A stretch of 64,000 bases of DNA from Octopus sinensis (lineage: Eukaryota), in the NCBI RefSeq assembly GCF_006345805.1, contig NC_042998.1, forward strand, positions 140,616,001 to 140,680,000, in the 5' to 3' direction. The notes below the pieces were generated by a model. It did no database searches, had not been told where the DNA came from, and saw nothing but the letters and a program-made list of their open reading frames with translations. Position numbers and translations under genes: made by a program. Shown piece by piece: positions 1 to 11,765 of this stretch (the first letter of the stretch is position 1; each line of letters opens with the position of its first letter).

Positions 1-340
1 TTGCATATATATATATAATATATGCATGTATGTATACGTACGTGTAAATACACACACACACACGTATATACATGTATAGTTATGCACCGTCATAAATACA
101 ACATATATACATACCTGCATGCATACAGATAGACAGACAAACTGACAGACAGACAGGCAGACTGACAAGCTGACAGATGTTTGAGATTCTAGGTAGGGCA
201 TGAGTGGTTTCGATTCGTGATCATGATTGAAGCTATTTCACTTACTTTTGAAATGCTTTTCAGAATTTCATAAATAAATGAATAAATAAATAAATAAATA
301 AATAAACAAACAAATGAATAAATAAATGTATAAATAAAAA
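1..340. repeat. Compound simple repeats (TA, CA, AGAC, AAAT)
   Basis: Runs of tata, caca, agac/gaca and aaat visible directly. Confidence 0.85.
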
Positions 341-714
341 TCCTTGCGTTCTCGCAGACTCTTTCATTTCTCGTCGCATATACATCTAAGTTCTTTCCTA
401 TGTAAAAACTCTATACACCTCAGTATTGGATTCCGACGAGATGACAGCAGTTATGCGTATGTCACTCAGCTAACAATAGAAGTAAGTGCTTTTACGCAAT
501 ATCACAGAAATATTTCAATGCCAAGTATGAATTCTTCCATCTTATCTTGAAAGTGAGGCGCATTCTTCAATTCGGTAATTACATGTTAGATATGAAAAGT
601 CAAAAGTCACACAGAGATAGACATGTCTACTAAATTATTTCGTTTATTTTTTTTTTTTTACGCAATCCGCAAACATGCAAACTAATAAAATATCGCATAA
701 ATATGCGTGTGTGA

Positions 715-987
715 GAGAATGTGTGTGTGTGAGAGAATGTGTGTGTGAGAGAGAGAGGGAGAGAGAGAGAGAGAGAGAGAGAAAATAAGAAAGGGAGAGA
801 GAGAGAGAGAGAAAAGAAGAAGAAGGAGGAGGAGGAGGAGGAGGAGGAGAAGCAGAAGAAGAAGAAGAAGAAGAAGAAGAGGAGGAGGAGGAGGAGGAGG
901 AGGAGAAGAAGAAGAAGAAGAAGAAGAAGAAGAAGAAGAAGAAGAAGAAGAAGAAGAAGAAGAAGAAGAAGAAGAAGAAGAAGAAGA
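715..987. repeat. Polypurine tract (TG)n-(GA)n-(GAG)n-(GAA)n
   Basis: Long GAG and GAA triplet runs; explains the spurious poly-E/K/R ORF 739..1251. Confidence 0.95.
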
Positions 988-1530
988 ATCCTTTCTACTA
1001 TAGGTACAAGGGCTGAAATTTGGTGGGAGGGGGTAAGTCGATTATATCGACCCCAGTGTGTGACTGGTACTTATTTAATAGACCCTGAAAGGATGGAAGG
1101 TAATGTGTTGACATCGGCGGAAATAATATGGAACATTGGTTTCAAATTTTGGTACAAGGCTAGCAATTTCGGGAGAGGGGCTAAATCGATTACATCGACC
1201 CCAGTACTCAACTGGTACTTATTTTATCGACTCCGAAAGGATGAAAGGTGAAGTTAACCTCGGCGGAATTTGAACACAGAACAGACGGACGAAATACCTA
1301 TTTCTTTATTACCCACAAGGGGCTAAACACAGAGGGGACAAACAAGGACAGACATAGGTATTAAGTCGATTACATCGACCCCAGTGCGTAACTGGTACTT
1401 AATTTATCGACCCCGAAAGGATGAAAGGCAAAGTCGACCTCGGCGGAATTTGAACTCACAACGTAACGGCAGACGAAATACCGCTAGGCATTTCGCCCGG
1501 CGTGCTAACGTTTCTGCCAGCTCACCACCT
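988..1530 (-). mobile_element. tRNA-derived SINE family A: dimer (1137-1530) plus extra right monomer (988-1122)
   Basis: Minus strand has A-box-like TGGCAGAAACGTTAG, B-box-like GAGTTCAAATTCC and core TTTCATCCTTTCGGGGTCGATAAA..AAGTACCAGTT..CTGGGGTCGATGTAATCGAC, repeated more than 15 times in the window. Confidence 0.9.
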
Positions 1531-1531
1531 T

Positions 1532-1532
1532 A

Positions 1533-1614
<82 letters not shown>

Positions 1615-1652
1615 GTAATAATAATAATAATAATAATAACAACAACAACAAC

Positions 1653-1728
<76 letters not shown>
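1532..1728. repeat. (TAA)n-(CAA)n-(TAA)n microsatellite
   Basis: Direct inspection. Confidence 0.95.
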
Positions 1729-1842
1729 GTGAGGGAGCGCCATAGACATGTGTTGAAAGGAATTCTTGGGGATTTGGATAATTCACTTCTGGAAACATGG
1801 ATGTTTCGTTCATCATCCTTAAACAACTCTTATTCAGGGACC
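1729..1842 (+). repeat. Fragment of unclassified ~550 bp repeat family E
   Basis: catgtgttga..ggaattctt..aattcacttctggaaacatgg..catccttaaacaac.cttattcagggacc matches the internal part of 43313-43860 and 44484-45020. Confidence 0.8.
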
Positions 1843-1990
1843 TTTCTACTATAGGTACAAGGCCTGAAATTTAGAGGGAGGAGACTAGACGACCACATCG
1901 ACCCCAGTGTTTCACTGGTACATAATTTCCCCATCCCTAAAGGACGAAAGACAAAGTCACCTCAGCGGAATTTGAAATCGGAACGTGATG
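1843..1990 (-). mobile_element. SINE family A right monomer, degenerate
   Basis: tttctactataggtacaaggcctgaaattt...catcgaccccagtgtttcactggtac...gcggaatttga. Confidence 0.8.
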
Positions 1991-2189
1991 ACTGCGGAAT
2001 TAAAGGATGAGGAAAAAGAAATGGAAAAGACTGTGAAACGTAACAGAAATATACAGAGTACACAAAGAATGTGATAACATGAATGATGCAGTCATCCTGA
2101 TACAGAAGAAACTCCAACTAGAGCCAATCAAGGAACTCCACCTACTTATGAACCCTCTTGCCTGTTTTCCAATCTACAGGCGTGTACTT

Positions 2190-2705
2190 AGAGTAAGGCC
2201 ATTCTCACTATCCATTTTTGTCACAGACACACATCTTTTCATAAATTCACTGGGTGGAGGCGGGAAAGGTAGCGCTTCCCTCTCCACCCTCATTAGTCTT
2301 TCCAAGTGAAACTTAATAAAGTCGATGAAACCTTGACCGAAGAGGAAAGGGTCTTTCTTCTATCCTTTCAGCCTCGTCCACCTCACAACCTCATTCATCA
2401 TTATCACTAGACAGAGGATTACCCTCTGGCCTGTCTTATGACAGGTGCTAGTGGGGCGATCCTCACGATGGATTCGACCGACAGTCGAATTTGTCCCACA
2501 CGTGATAACAGCTGTTCGACATAATTCTACAAGTCGGTAGTACTCGGACACTGCAAGAGTGCATGCAGAACGGTTTCGTCGCTCTGTGCTCCTCTCGGGC
2601 AGTCTCGCCTGTTAGCGCTTCCGTGCCAGTGGAGTTTAGAGATAATCGGTAACACGGCCAGGTGAGGGACTTCGGGAAGTTATCCATAGTATTACCGGGC
2701 CCGAA
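2190..2705 (-). pseudogene. Degenerate 3' fragment of Tx1-clade L1 ORF2 (C-terminal Cys-rich region)
   Basis: MDNFPKSLTWPCYR aligns to MDNFQRSLAWQCYR of the 45638..46366 ORF; nucleotide similarity to 45400-45900 (acagctgttcgacataa, gcagaacggtttcgtcg, caagtgaaactt). Confidence 0.85.
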
Positions 2706-2723
2706 AGTCGTCCAATTATAATA

Positions 2724-2870
2724 ATCTTTTCTATAAAAGGCACAAACCCTGAGATTTTTAGGGGAGGACGTAAGTCGATTACAACGACCTCAGAGTTCAA
2801 CAGGTAATTATTTCATCTACCTCGAAAAGATGAAAAGCAAGGTGAACCCCTGCGGAATTGAACTCAGAAA
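2724..2870 (-). mobile_element. SINE family A right monomer, degenerate
   Basis: aagtcgattac...gaaaagatgaaaagcaaggtgaac...gcggaattgaactcagaa. Confidence 0.75.
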
Positions 2871-4254
2871 CACCAATTACGCAACAGCACACATGTGTTT
2901 ACCCCTGTACATTCTGAGACCAAATCTACCCCACGAAGGTCAGCTTTCTTTTTCATCCTTCTGCGGTTGATAATTATATAATACCAGTTATATACTGAAA
3001 GCGATTCCATGAACTTAAAGTTTTCTTACAAAAATAAAACTAACTAACATTCTATACGGAAAGAAATCAATTAATATTTCTAATAAAACCTTTCTGTTGT
3101 GATTGTCTGCCGTTAATTTCGTGATTTTGAAGTTGATGGAAGAGTTTGAAGTAAGAGACATTTATCTGTTTTTATGACATGATTCGAATTACAAGTAACT
3201 GAACAGGAAACGTTAATTCACAGTATTTGATTTCAACAATAAACGATCATAACTGGATATTTGAGAGAAGTATTGTTGCTGCTGTTGTTGTTGTTGTTGT
3301 TGTTGCTGTTGTTTTTGTTGTTGCTGTTATTGTTAGTGGTTTATTCGTTAACGTTTGTTAAAAGAGAAAACAATTTAGCAACAGCAGCAGAGCCATTTTG
3401 CAATCACCGTTATTAAATTTCCATGCGGTACCAGGTGGATGCAGTTAAATTCGCACAAACAACTTATGTAGAAATTTTCAATATACGATATATAATTATA
3501 TGATGTGTGTGTGTGTGTGTTTGTGTGTGTGCGTATGTGTGCGGATGTTGAGATCGAATTTATAGCAGTGGTGCCCTGTAATATGTCGTAGTGTAAAATT
3601 TACAGTGTTCGCGTTTGGAATTGTTCCAATATTTCCATTCTTATACTGGATGTTAGTACAATTACCTTCCATCTTTCAGCGCGCGCGTATGTGATACAAG
3701 CATAAAAAAAGCATGAATAAGATGTAAAAAAAAGAGCCCAAATAAACAGGGTGTATTAGGTTTATGCTCAGAAAATTAGAAGTTTTTAACGTTTCGAGCA
3801 TACGCTCTTCTATGGAAAGGACAGATGAGGAAACAACAACAATAACTAGCAATTGTACCAACAGTAATCTGACATTATTCCTCTCTTATTTCCATGCTGA
3901 AACATTTAAACACTTACGCGGTGACTAGATCTACTAGACATTAACCAATTTTCCATCAAATCCCCCTCTATCATCTTAAAAAGTGTGTCATGGCCACGGA
4001 CGATACATCTTTGATCAACGGCTGTCAAAGATGACTTGGAGTTAAAGTACTTAGTTCCCTAGCCATCACTGATTTGTGCCCTTAGAACTCAAAGGGCGGG
4101 TTTACTCGGTTTCCATGGCATACAAAATGACCGAGATCTCAACACTACCCTCTGAACGGGACGCCAGTTAATCTCTCTCTCCCTCCCTCCCTCCCTCCTC
4201 CCCCCCTCCTTCTCTCTCTCTCTCTCGCTGTCTCTCTTCTCTTCTCTTTCTCAC

Positions 4255-4742
4255 TTCTCACTTAGGTCTTTTCATTCCTCAGGGAACATAAGGCCACAGC
4301 AACATTTTCCCAACGGACGCGGTTCTGGGATATCCTCTTCAGCTTGACCCACGTCTCGCGTCATGCGCTCTACCGGAGAGGACTGTTCCTCTACCACGTC
4401 GCTTGGGAGAGCCGTTACGGTTTCTGTAACAGGTATATTTTTTTACTTGAACGGGTTGTTAGCCCAATGCTAAATTCCGAACCTGGAGAACCTCGAGTAA
4501 TCCCGAACCTTGAGTACACTTCGTCTGGTCTCTACCTTTCAATCTGTCTGGCTTGGGTAGCCATGTCAAGATACAAAACTCCCGCCAGCATAGCTCTCAT
4601 GGTCACAGAGACACACAAGCCCCGCATCCAACGACAAGCTGGTACTCATCTGCAAGGAGTTCGTCTCAGGGTTACTCATTTATAGCTGAGTTCACGTGAG
4701 CAACGTGAAATGAAGTTGTTTTTCCTTCAAGAATACAATGTC
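4255..4742 (-). mobile_element. Non-autonomous SINE-like element carrying RTE 5'-UTR-like and RTE 3'-end segments
   Basis: Minus strand ends TWVKLKRISQNRVRWENVAVALCSLRNEKT* (typical RTE C-terminus), preceded by gagctatgctggcgggag...gctacccaagccagacagattgaaaggtagagaccagac (RTE 5' UTR-like) and a SINE-B-like core at 4660-4742. Confidence 0.65.
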
Positions 4743-4782
4743 TTCTGCCATAATAAAAGTGAAAGCTTAATAACCACATTCA

Positions 4783-5040
4783 TCTCTTATTATAAAAGGC
4801 AGATTTTATCTGCCTCCCTTTGGGAGTTATAGAAATCTACAATATAGGATTTCTTCAATTACAATTTACCTAGCATTTTTAAGAGTACAATGCATCGCGT
4901 CATGCCAGGTCCAGTTTTTAAAATTTAAACTCCAATTAAGCAAAATTTACAGAAAACTCACATTCTGGTGTGTGTGTCAAATGCTTTTCTTAGTCTGGTT
5001 TACACCACACGCAAACGCACACACACAGTGGGCAACGAAT
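4783..5040 (+). mobile_element. Possible Helitron 5' end
   Basis: A|TC-TCTTATTATAAAA start followed by hairpin aggcagat-ttt-atctgcct; no 3' CTAG end identified. Confidence 0.35.
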
Positions 5041-5194
5041 AAAATGAAAGTAAATAGCGACAGAGTGATTTGAGGAAGACTAAAGTGAAAGTATTCTGTC
5101 TATGACGCTGATAGATACATGAGTAAAATGTATGGGAAGCTAAGAGCTAAGAGTGAGTGAAAATGTTCTTGGAAGAGAGTAATTAGTAATAAAG

Positions 5195-5235
5195 TAAAAT
5201 ACATACATACATACATACATACTACATACATACAT

Positions 5236-5266
<31 letters not shown>

Positions 5267-5435
5267 TACACACATACATACATACATACATACATACACA
5301 CACACACATACACACACACATACATACACACACATACATACATACACACATACATACATACATACATACATATACATACATACATACATACATATACATA
5401 ATACACAACACACACACATACACACACACACAGTA
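5195..5435. repeat. (ATAC)n/(CA)n compound microsatellite
   Basis: Direct inspection. Confidence 0.95.
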
Positions 5436-5628
5436 TTGAAGCTTGAGAACAATCAGATACATTTGCAACACATCTGTTGAAAATATTATTGTTCACACAC
5501 ATACATATATATATACATACAGACAGACAGACAGATAGACACACACACACACACAACATGATCAGCATGGCCACAACCTCAAGGCTGAAACATATAAAAG
5601 AATAACAGAGTATAAATGTGTGCAAAGT

Positions 5629-5970
5629 ACAAGAAATATTAATGCAGTATATGGGGATTGGACAATAAGCGTAAGGCAGTGTCAATGGTGGTTCCAGAAA
5701 TCCCGAGCCATAAACTACAGCCTAGAAGACGAGCCTCATCTGAAAGATCTGTAGAACTCGACAAGGACATCCTGAAAACCCTGGTGGAACAAAATATCAT
5801 CGTAACTGTTGAGGAACTAGCAGAGAAGCTTGGATTTGGTCATTCAACCATTCATTGACACCTGTGTGCTATCGGAAAAGTCAACAAATTGGGTCAATGG
5901 GTTCCTCACGAACTTTCCGAGTCTAATTGCATGCAGAGAGTGAATGTATGCTTTTCTTTGCTGTGTCATA
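5629..5970 (+). pseudogene. Mariner transposase N-terminal (HTH) fragment
   Basis: Conceptual translation RNINAVYG..ISVRQCQWWFQK..SLEDEP...VEELAEKLGFGHSTIH*HL..IGKV.KLGQWVPHELS contains the mariner WVPHEL motif, with a stop and a frameshift. Confidence 0.9.
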
Positions 5971-5995
5971 TCTCACCACTACTGCGCTATGTATA

Positions 5996-6592
5996 TCTAT
6001 ATATATAAAACTGTAGTTGTGTGAGTGTCTGTCCCCTTCGATTTAGATTCCTAACTACTCCCACATTTTGCGGTACAGTTTAACCAAATTCGGGTAGCTT
6101 ATAGTCGTGATTCATATCGAGCCCGTCTGAATATTAGCGCGCGTCTACGATGAGTCTACGATTTAAAAATAATTTAACATCATTTTTTATTCCATTTTAA
6201 TGCATAATTTTTCGTGTGTCGATGGCGGCGGAGTTGGCGTCCACGCTCACACCTGCACCTGTGGGGAAGGAAGTGTAAGGAAATCAACGTCGTAATGCGT
6301 TGTCAAGGAGACCAGTGTTCTTTTAGAACGACGACTTCATGGCTTGAAGACACCAAAACAGAAATGGCTAAGAAAGCGTCTACATGAGTCTACGATTTAA
6401 AAAAAAATTTACCATCGTTTTTTTTCCATTTTAATGCATTTTTTCGCTATTATATAAGGGAAGTAACTCTCTAAAAATGTCTACGATGAGTCAACGATTT
6501 TAAAAAAAATTTACCATCATATTTTTTCCATTTTTAATGCATTTTTTGCTATTTTTTGGCTATACCCGAGCAACGCCGGGCGATACTGCTAG
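5996..6592 (+). mobile_element. Complete non-autonomous Helitron (~600 bp)
   Basis: Starts TC (TCTATATATATAAAA) after A5995, ends CTAG (6589-6592) before T6593, with subterminal hairpin cccgagcaacgccggg (6565-6580); no TSD. Confidence 0.85.
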
Positions 6593-6699
6593 TTCAATCT
6601 AAATATAGGCAGGATTAAACACTAACTTCAAATTAAACTTCAACAAAGAAACATCAATCTATGTACATCTGTATCGATGCGCGCGCGCGTGTTTGCACC

Positions 6700-6900
6700 A
6701 ACCACTGCCTGATAACATAGATCTTGGTGTGTTCACATCCCCGTGTCAGCGGTTCGGCGAAACAGACACACAGAATAAGTAACATGCTTTAAAAAAAAAC
6801 AAAGAAACGATAATTACTGGAGTCGATTCATTTGACAAAGAATTCTTCTAGGCTTTACCCCAGCATGGCCACAGTCTAATAACTGAAACATGTAAACGAT
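6700..6900 (+). mobile_element. SINE family C 3' part, degenerate
   Basis: ggtgtgttcacatccccg..agcggttcggcgaaa..agaataagta...cccagcatggccacagtc...ctgaaaca. Confidence 0.75.
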
Positions 6901-7597
6901 ATTGGGAGAAGTCACGTCGGTGGAGCATCTACCAGAAGCATGAGAAAATTGGTGAGAATATTGCAAGTACTTCTAAGCTTTATTCCACTTCATTGCCCTG
7001 CATTGCATTAAACTACATTCTGCCATTTTAATACACTTCTCTACACGACACAAGCATTACATTTTAAGAAGAAATAATTCAAAAAATACAAGCAAATATA
7101 ATATCTCAAAGCCATGTCACGCTTCAATATTTCGTTTATTTTTATTCCACGAGACTATTTACAACAACGACAGCAGCAGCGACAACAACAGCCACAACAA
7201 CAAGCAAAACAGATTGATTAAGTCATGTCACGTGAGGTACCAATAAAGATCACATATTCGCTTTCTTTCCCACTTCCCTATCCTAAACTAAACAGCGTCT
7301 ACCCTCAATACCACCACCTTTAAAAAAAAACGAACAGAAAAAAAATGAACAAAGAAAGAGAAAGAAATGATAAAACCTAACTTAAAATAATGACTGTACG
7401 CTTTACTGATTACCAAATTGAATATTGTTATCAGTAAAATAGTTAGAAAAAGAAATTAAAAGCAACCAGACTATCGTCTGCTTTTCCAGACGATAACAAA
7501 CGCTACTCTGAATAAAGCGTATTATCAAATGATCAAGATGGCGTCCAAAACTTGATATTAAATAAGTTCGTTTATTGTATATGTATGTACGCACGAA

Positions 7598-7665
7598 CGT
7601 ATGTATGTATGTATGTATGTATGTATGTATGTATGTATGTATGTATGTATGTATGTATGTATGTA
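7598..7665. repeat. (GTAT)n microsatellite
   Basis: Direct inspection. Confidence 0.95.
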
Positions 7666-8100
7666 TTGTGTGCGCGCGTGCGTGTATATATATTTGCAAG
7701 AGATTTGATCCGAAATCGTCTGAGAGATATCGTCGTCTTTTGTGCAAGAGTCATATCGGCAATTTATCAGATACGATTTGATAGTGAAGAGATGAGAGAA
7801 GAGATGTGGCCTGAAGTAAACTGGTTTTAATTAAGGATTGAAACCGCACTGCAGAGCTATATTTGCCTCGATCTCATTTCTTGCTTTTTTTTGGTGTTCG
7901 ACAATGTTCATACTGACGACGACGACGATGACGAGGAGGAAGATGGTGATTGTGTCTGATTGTAAGCATTATGGAGATATGAATCGATGATGGGAATGAA
8001 AAGAAAAAATTCTGTTTGGTTCTATGAAGTAGAAAGTGGGACGAACTAACAAGGTGGCGCGTTTCATGCTGAAATAAGACATTTCATTTAAACAAACATA

Positions 8101-8185
8101 GTGAAGGTGCGTGACCAAGTGGTTAAGGCGTTCGAGTCACGATCAGAAGATGATAGGTTCAACTCCTGAACCGAGCGACTATCAA
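8101..8185 (+). mobile_element. tRNA-like head of SINE family B
   Basis: gtgaaggtgcgtgaccaagtggttaaggcgtt...ggttcaactcc carries A/B boxes and matches the heads at 56272 and 60875 (minus). Confidence 0.7.
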
Positions 8186-8359
8186 ATTCTTTGTTTTTAC
8201 GTTGCTCTAATCTATTCCGCTTTAATGAGTACCAGACACGGTGCTGGTGTGGTTCTCTCTCCCTCCAGTACCTTTTACGGTTCCAATAAGAGTCTAGCAT
8301 GTAGCCGTGATGGAATTTCAGCGATGTTCATGGAGGCATCATGCCATTCAACTAAAGGT

Positions 8360-8910
8360 ACATACATGCAAACAAGACTTGCTGTTAACTTGTTTAAGGT
8401 ATTGCACTTCAAAGTTAAGGTCAAGATTACATATATTGTTTGCTGATGATTGTGCTCTTGAAAAAGACATGCAGAGCTTGGTAGATGCAGCCACAAAGTT
8501 CGGCTTCAGCATGTGGAAGACTGAAATTCTGATTCGAACCAAGAAACACAACCTGAGCCCATCGTCGTTGAGAAGTAGGAGCTGATAGAGACAGACCACT
8601 TTACCTATCTGGAAAATACAATCAGTACTGGTGATGGGTTCTGAGACTTACTCGATCGTAGGATGAACGAAGCCATCTCGGCATTTGGAAAGTTCAGAGC
8701 GCAACAAATCTGGAGTAACTAAAAGCACGTGTCGATAAAACTTCAAGAAATAATAGTATCGACCATCGCTGCTCAGCAACAGTCCTAATAGTATCAGTAT
8801 CGGTCTTGTTTTCGGAGGCTGGATCGCAGCAATGCATAGTAGTATCTTCCCGGTGATCAAGGTAAACGACCACCTCTTGGAACCGTTTCATATTGCGTTC
8901 GTCGAGAATG
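8360..8910 (+). pseudogene. Degenerate RTE (BovB-like) reverse transcriptase fragment
   Basis: LFADDCAL..DMQSLVD..FG...KTEIL; DHFTYLENTIS; AISAFGK; LLE.FH motifs spread over shifting frames. Confidence 0.85.
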
Positions 8911-9118
8911 TTCTCTCTCGTCTCATCTCTATGTAGCGCCTCTTGAGTCGTTACTACGAAAGTTAGTACTGTAGAGGGTCATTCTTTTTTAACTGGGATG
9001 CAGAAGAGCTGTCTCACTATACGAGGACGACGTTATTGTAATGATATCAGTGGAGGTGGTCAGTACTGTTCTAAAGAAATACGAAGCAATGTTAAGGACA
9101 AAGATTATGGAGAAATCG

Positions 9119-9159
<41 letters not shown>

Positions 9160-9469
9160 ACACACACACACACACATAATTAAGGGATTATCAAAAAGTT
9201 GCTTCACCACACACCGGAAATTCAGAAATAGCAGTCAAAACTGCTTATTCTTCTACACAGACAGCGATACTTGCAACTCACATAGGCAAAAAGAAGAAAA
9301 AACAACAATCGTTTAGAATAAGCCTTTCAGAAAATATATGTGTCGTATGCTCCTGTCACGTGAGAAACGAAATCACGTGTATAAACGCCACCATTGAAAA
9401 ATTGTACGAACATTTGTCCCAACCCAAAATATGTATGTATGTATGTATGTATATGAAATTGTTGCAATT

Positions 9470-9830
9470 GGTGCCTTCCTAGTTAATGTCTTTGTTTCCG
9501 TTTTGTAACGGTGTTACAGATTTATATTCGCCAATTGAAATGTCTTTCATTTTAATTACGGCAGCCGACCGAAACAGACGCCGCCTCATGGAGAAAGTCG
9601 CCACTAACCACACAATGTCAGGTCTACTTTTCCACTGCACTTGCTGGCTAACTGTCAACAGCATTGTTGACGCGTTATCTGTAGATTAATTTGGCTTTCA
9701 TTCATAAAAACCTATTTTAGCTACGCAACATGGTTGTAACAAAAATCGCAGCTGTTTTTCGGATAACTTCAAAAGAATAACTCGGAGACTTACCATTTCC
9801 TGGTTACACCATGTTTTCGGATTTATTATG
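9470..9830. repeat. Unclassified dispersed repeat F, copy 1
   Basis: Shares tctttcattttaattacggcagccgaccgaaacagacgccgcc and taactgtcaacagcattgt with 18290-18670. Confidence 0.75.
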
Positions 9831-10559
9831 AAAACAAAAATAGTAAAAAATACTTCTCTCTAATTTTGGCACAAGGCCAGCAATTTTGTTATTTGATTTT
9901 CGTTTTGTTTACGTTTTATCAATCTATATATTTATTTATTTACGTAGTAAAAAAACATGTTTATATGTCTTCACATATTGCATAACATCCTTCCCCCACT
10001 CCCCCTGTTTATAAAGCTTACCTGAAAATCCCCACATGTTTTAGTAACATTTATAACATGGTTTTGGAGGTATGAACGGGGCCTATATTGTTGATGTTGT
10101 TGCTGTTGGTGGTGGTGGTGGGGTTCCTTACGTATCGCTCATATGATTTCAAAAATATTCATCGGATTACGCGATAAGCTGCACAGATCTTTTACGAGAA
10201 CTGTATTCATTGAAAGGGAGGCTCTTATTGCGTTTTCTGCTGTTTGAGAGAAAAACAAAATACCATTTAAAAAAAAAAATCTTTTCGTTAGGTATTTATA
10301 ACACGGCTACTGAGACAACATTACACTCCCCCAAAATTGCATCATAGTAAAAAGGAAACGGTACCAACTATAAAAGTTACGTAAACGAAATATGACAGGC
10401 ATTTGTACTTTTAAAAATTCACGAGTAGAAATGGAATATTCCCTGGCAAATAAATACATGATGCAGCATCATAACACACCAACAGAATCAAATGAAATCG
10501 TAGAAAAAATAATTTTTTCTTTCTTTTACTTCCGTCACTGCAATAAGGAAATTTATTTT

Positions 10560-11010
10560 AGCATATGAACAGAATTCAATTAGAGGAGCTGTGGCAGAAT
10601 TGTAACACTAAGCATTATGAGTTATTCTTGAAGAATTTATCCAAGAGCCGACAGTGAAAAAGCTAGCATACCTCTGCATCATGAATGGAAGGGTGGGCTT
10701 CGAGAGATCAATTAAAGTAGGTTCTTCAAGATATCAATTAAAGTAGGCTCTGAACTTCAACACCAAAGATGAAGGAAAGTAAGAGTGCGGAAATCATTCA
10801 TATCAACTACGTCATCAACTGCAGCGAAATTTTGAATATAGACAGAATTCGGTTTGAGTTGTGACAGAATTGCGTCGCGGGGCTTTATGAATTGTTGCTC
10901 GAAGAATTTATTCAAAACCAGGCAGGAGAAAAAAGCTAACATATTTATGTATTACAAATGGAAGGAAGCGCTTTTTTAATGTCTTCGAGGAATCCAATTA
11001 AAGGAGGCTC
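10560..11010. repeat. Diverged ~200 bp tandem duplication
   Basis: acagaattc..gtg.cagaattg..gaagaatttat.caa..aaaaagcta.cata..aatggaagg..caattaaag.aggctct occurs at 10567-10752 and 10841-11011. Confidence 0.65.
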
Positions 11011-11499
11011 TCGCCGATGTGTAACCGGGTAAGTCTAACAGTAACATCTGTCTAACCTTCAAAAAAGAGGTTGAAACGTAGCGGATAAATTATCAGTAAA
11101 TCATCCGCCTTTGTATCTTAGTACATAGACATGTGTAATACAACGATGACAGTCAATAGTATTGAACCCTGGTTCACAGAAGGGACGATGAACGACAAAT
11201 CCTCAGGAGATCAGTATGAACTTGCAATTCCATATGATGCTCTCAAGACAGCAGATTTATTATTAAAGCTTGTACTTCAGTGTGGGCACATAGGCAAAAG
11301 CGATGAGATGGGCGGTGAAAGAGAAAGTCCAGCTGTTATACTTGTAGTAGCAAGAGTTACATGAGAGCTTCCTGCTCCAAAAAATTGGTAAAATAGAAAA
11401 GAGTAAATGTGTAGCCAGTATCAACAACAAACAGTAGAGTATAGAAGAAGCTTTTTCCAACAGCGGTGCATCAGCATGGCCGCAGCTCTGAGCTAAAAC

Positions 11500-11755
11500 T
11501 ACAGAAAAAAAGCATCATCGCCAGTCAGTCGAAGCCCCAGAAAAGATAGGGGGGATCGTCCCACTTTGGCCTCTAAAGTGAAACATAAATTACGAGATTT
11601 GAAAGAAGATACATGGTGACGAGGGAAAAGAAGGGCAGACGTGTGAGGCGGGAGTTTCCCGGTGGAGATGACACGAAACCAATCAATTCTGAGAACCATG
11701 TACTACAGAAATAACAGTAGAAAAGATAGACGGAAGAGGCAGCAAGTCTGTAAAG
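11500..11755 (-). pseudogene. Old degenerate LINE RT C-terminal fragment (left of the CR1 insertion)
   Basis: Minus translation LAASSVYLFYCYFCSTWFSELIGFVSSPP resembles the VASLSLFYRY...CSSEL..LVP motif of CR1/Jockey-group RTs; continues at 14325-14470. Confidence 0.55.
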
Positions 11756-11765
11756 TCTACAGCAA

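Noticed and set aside
739-1251. 170 aa poly-E/K/R ORF and the many poly-I/Y/H/T/V/C/M/S ORFs across the window
   Set aside because: Translations of microsatellites and SINEs; no domain content or splice context.
4305-4345. CTGAAGA...GAAC-cgcg-TC on minus
   Set aside because: Coincides with RTE coding sequence (LKRISQNRVRW) and lacks GAAA and stem I.
8101-8185. Possible tRNA genes here and at other SINE heads
   Set aside because: A/B boxes are present but there is no complete cloverleaf, and they continue into SINE bodies.
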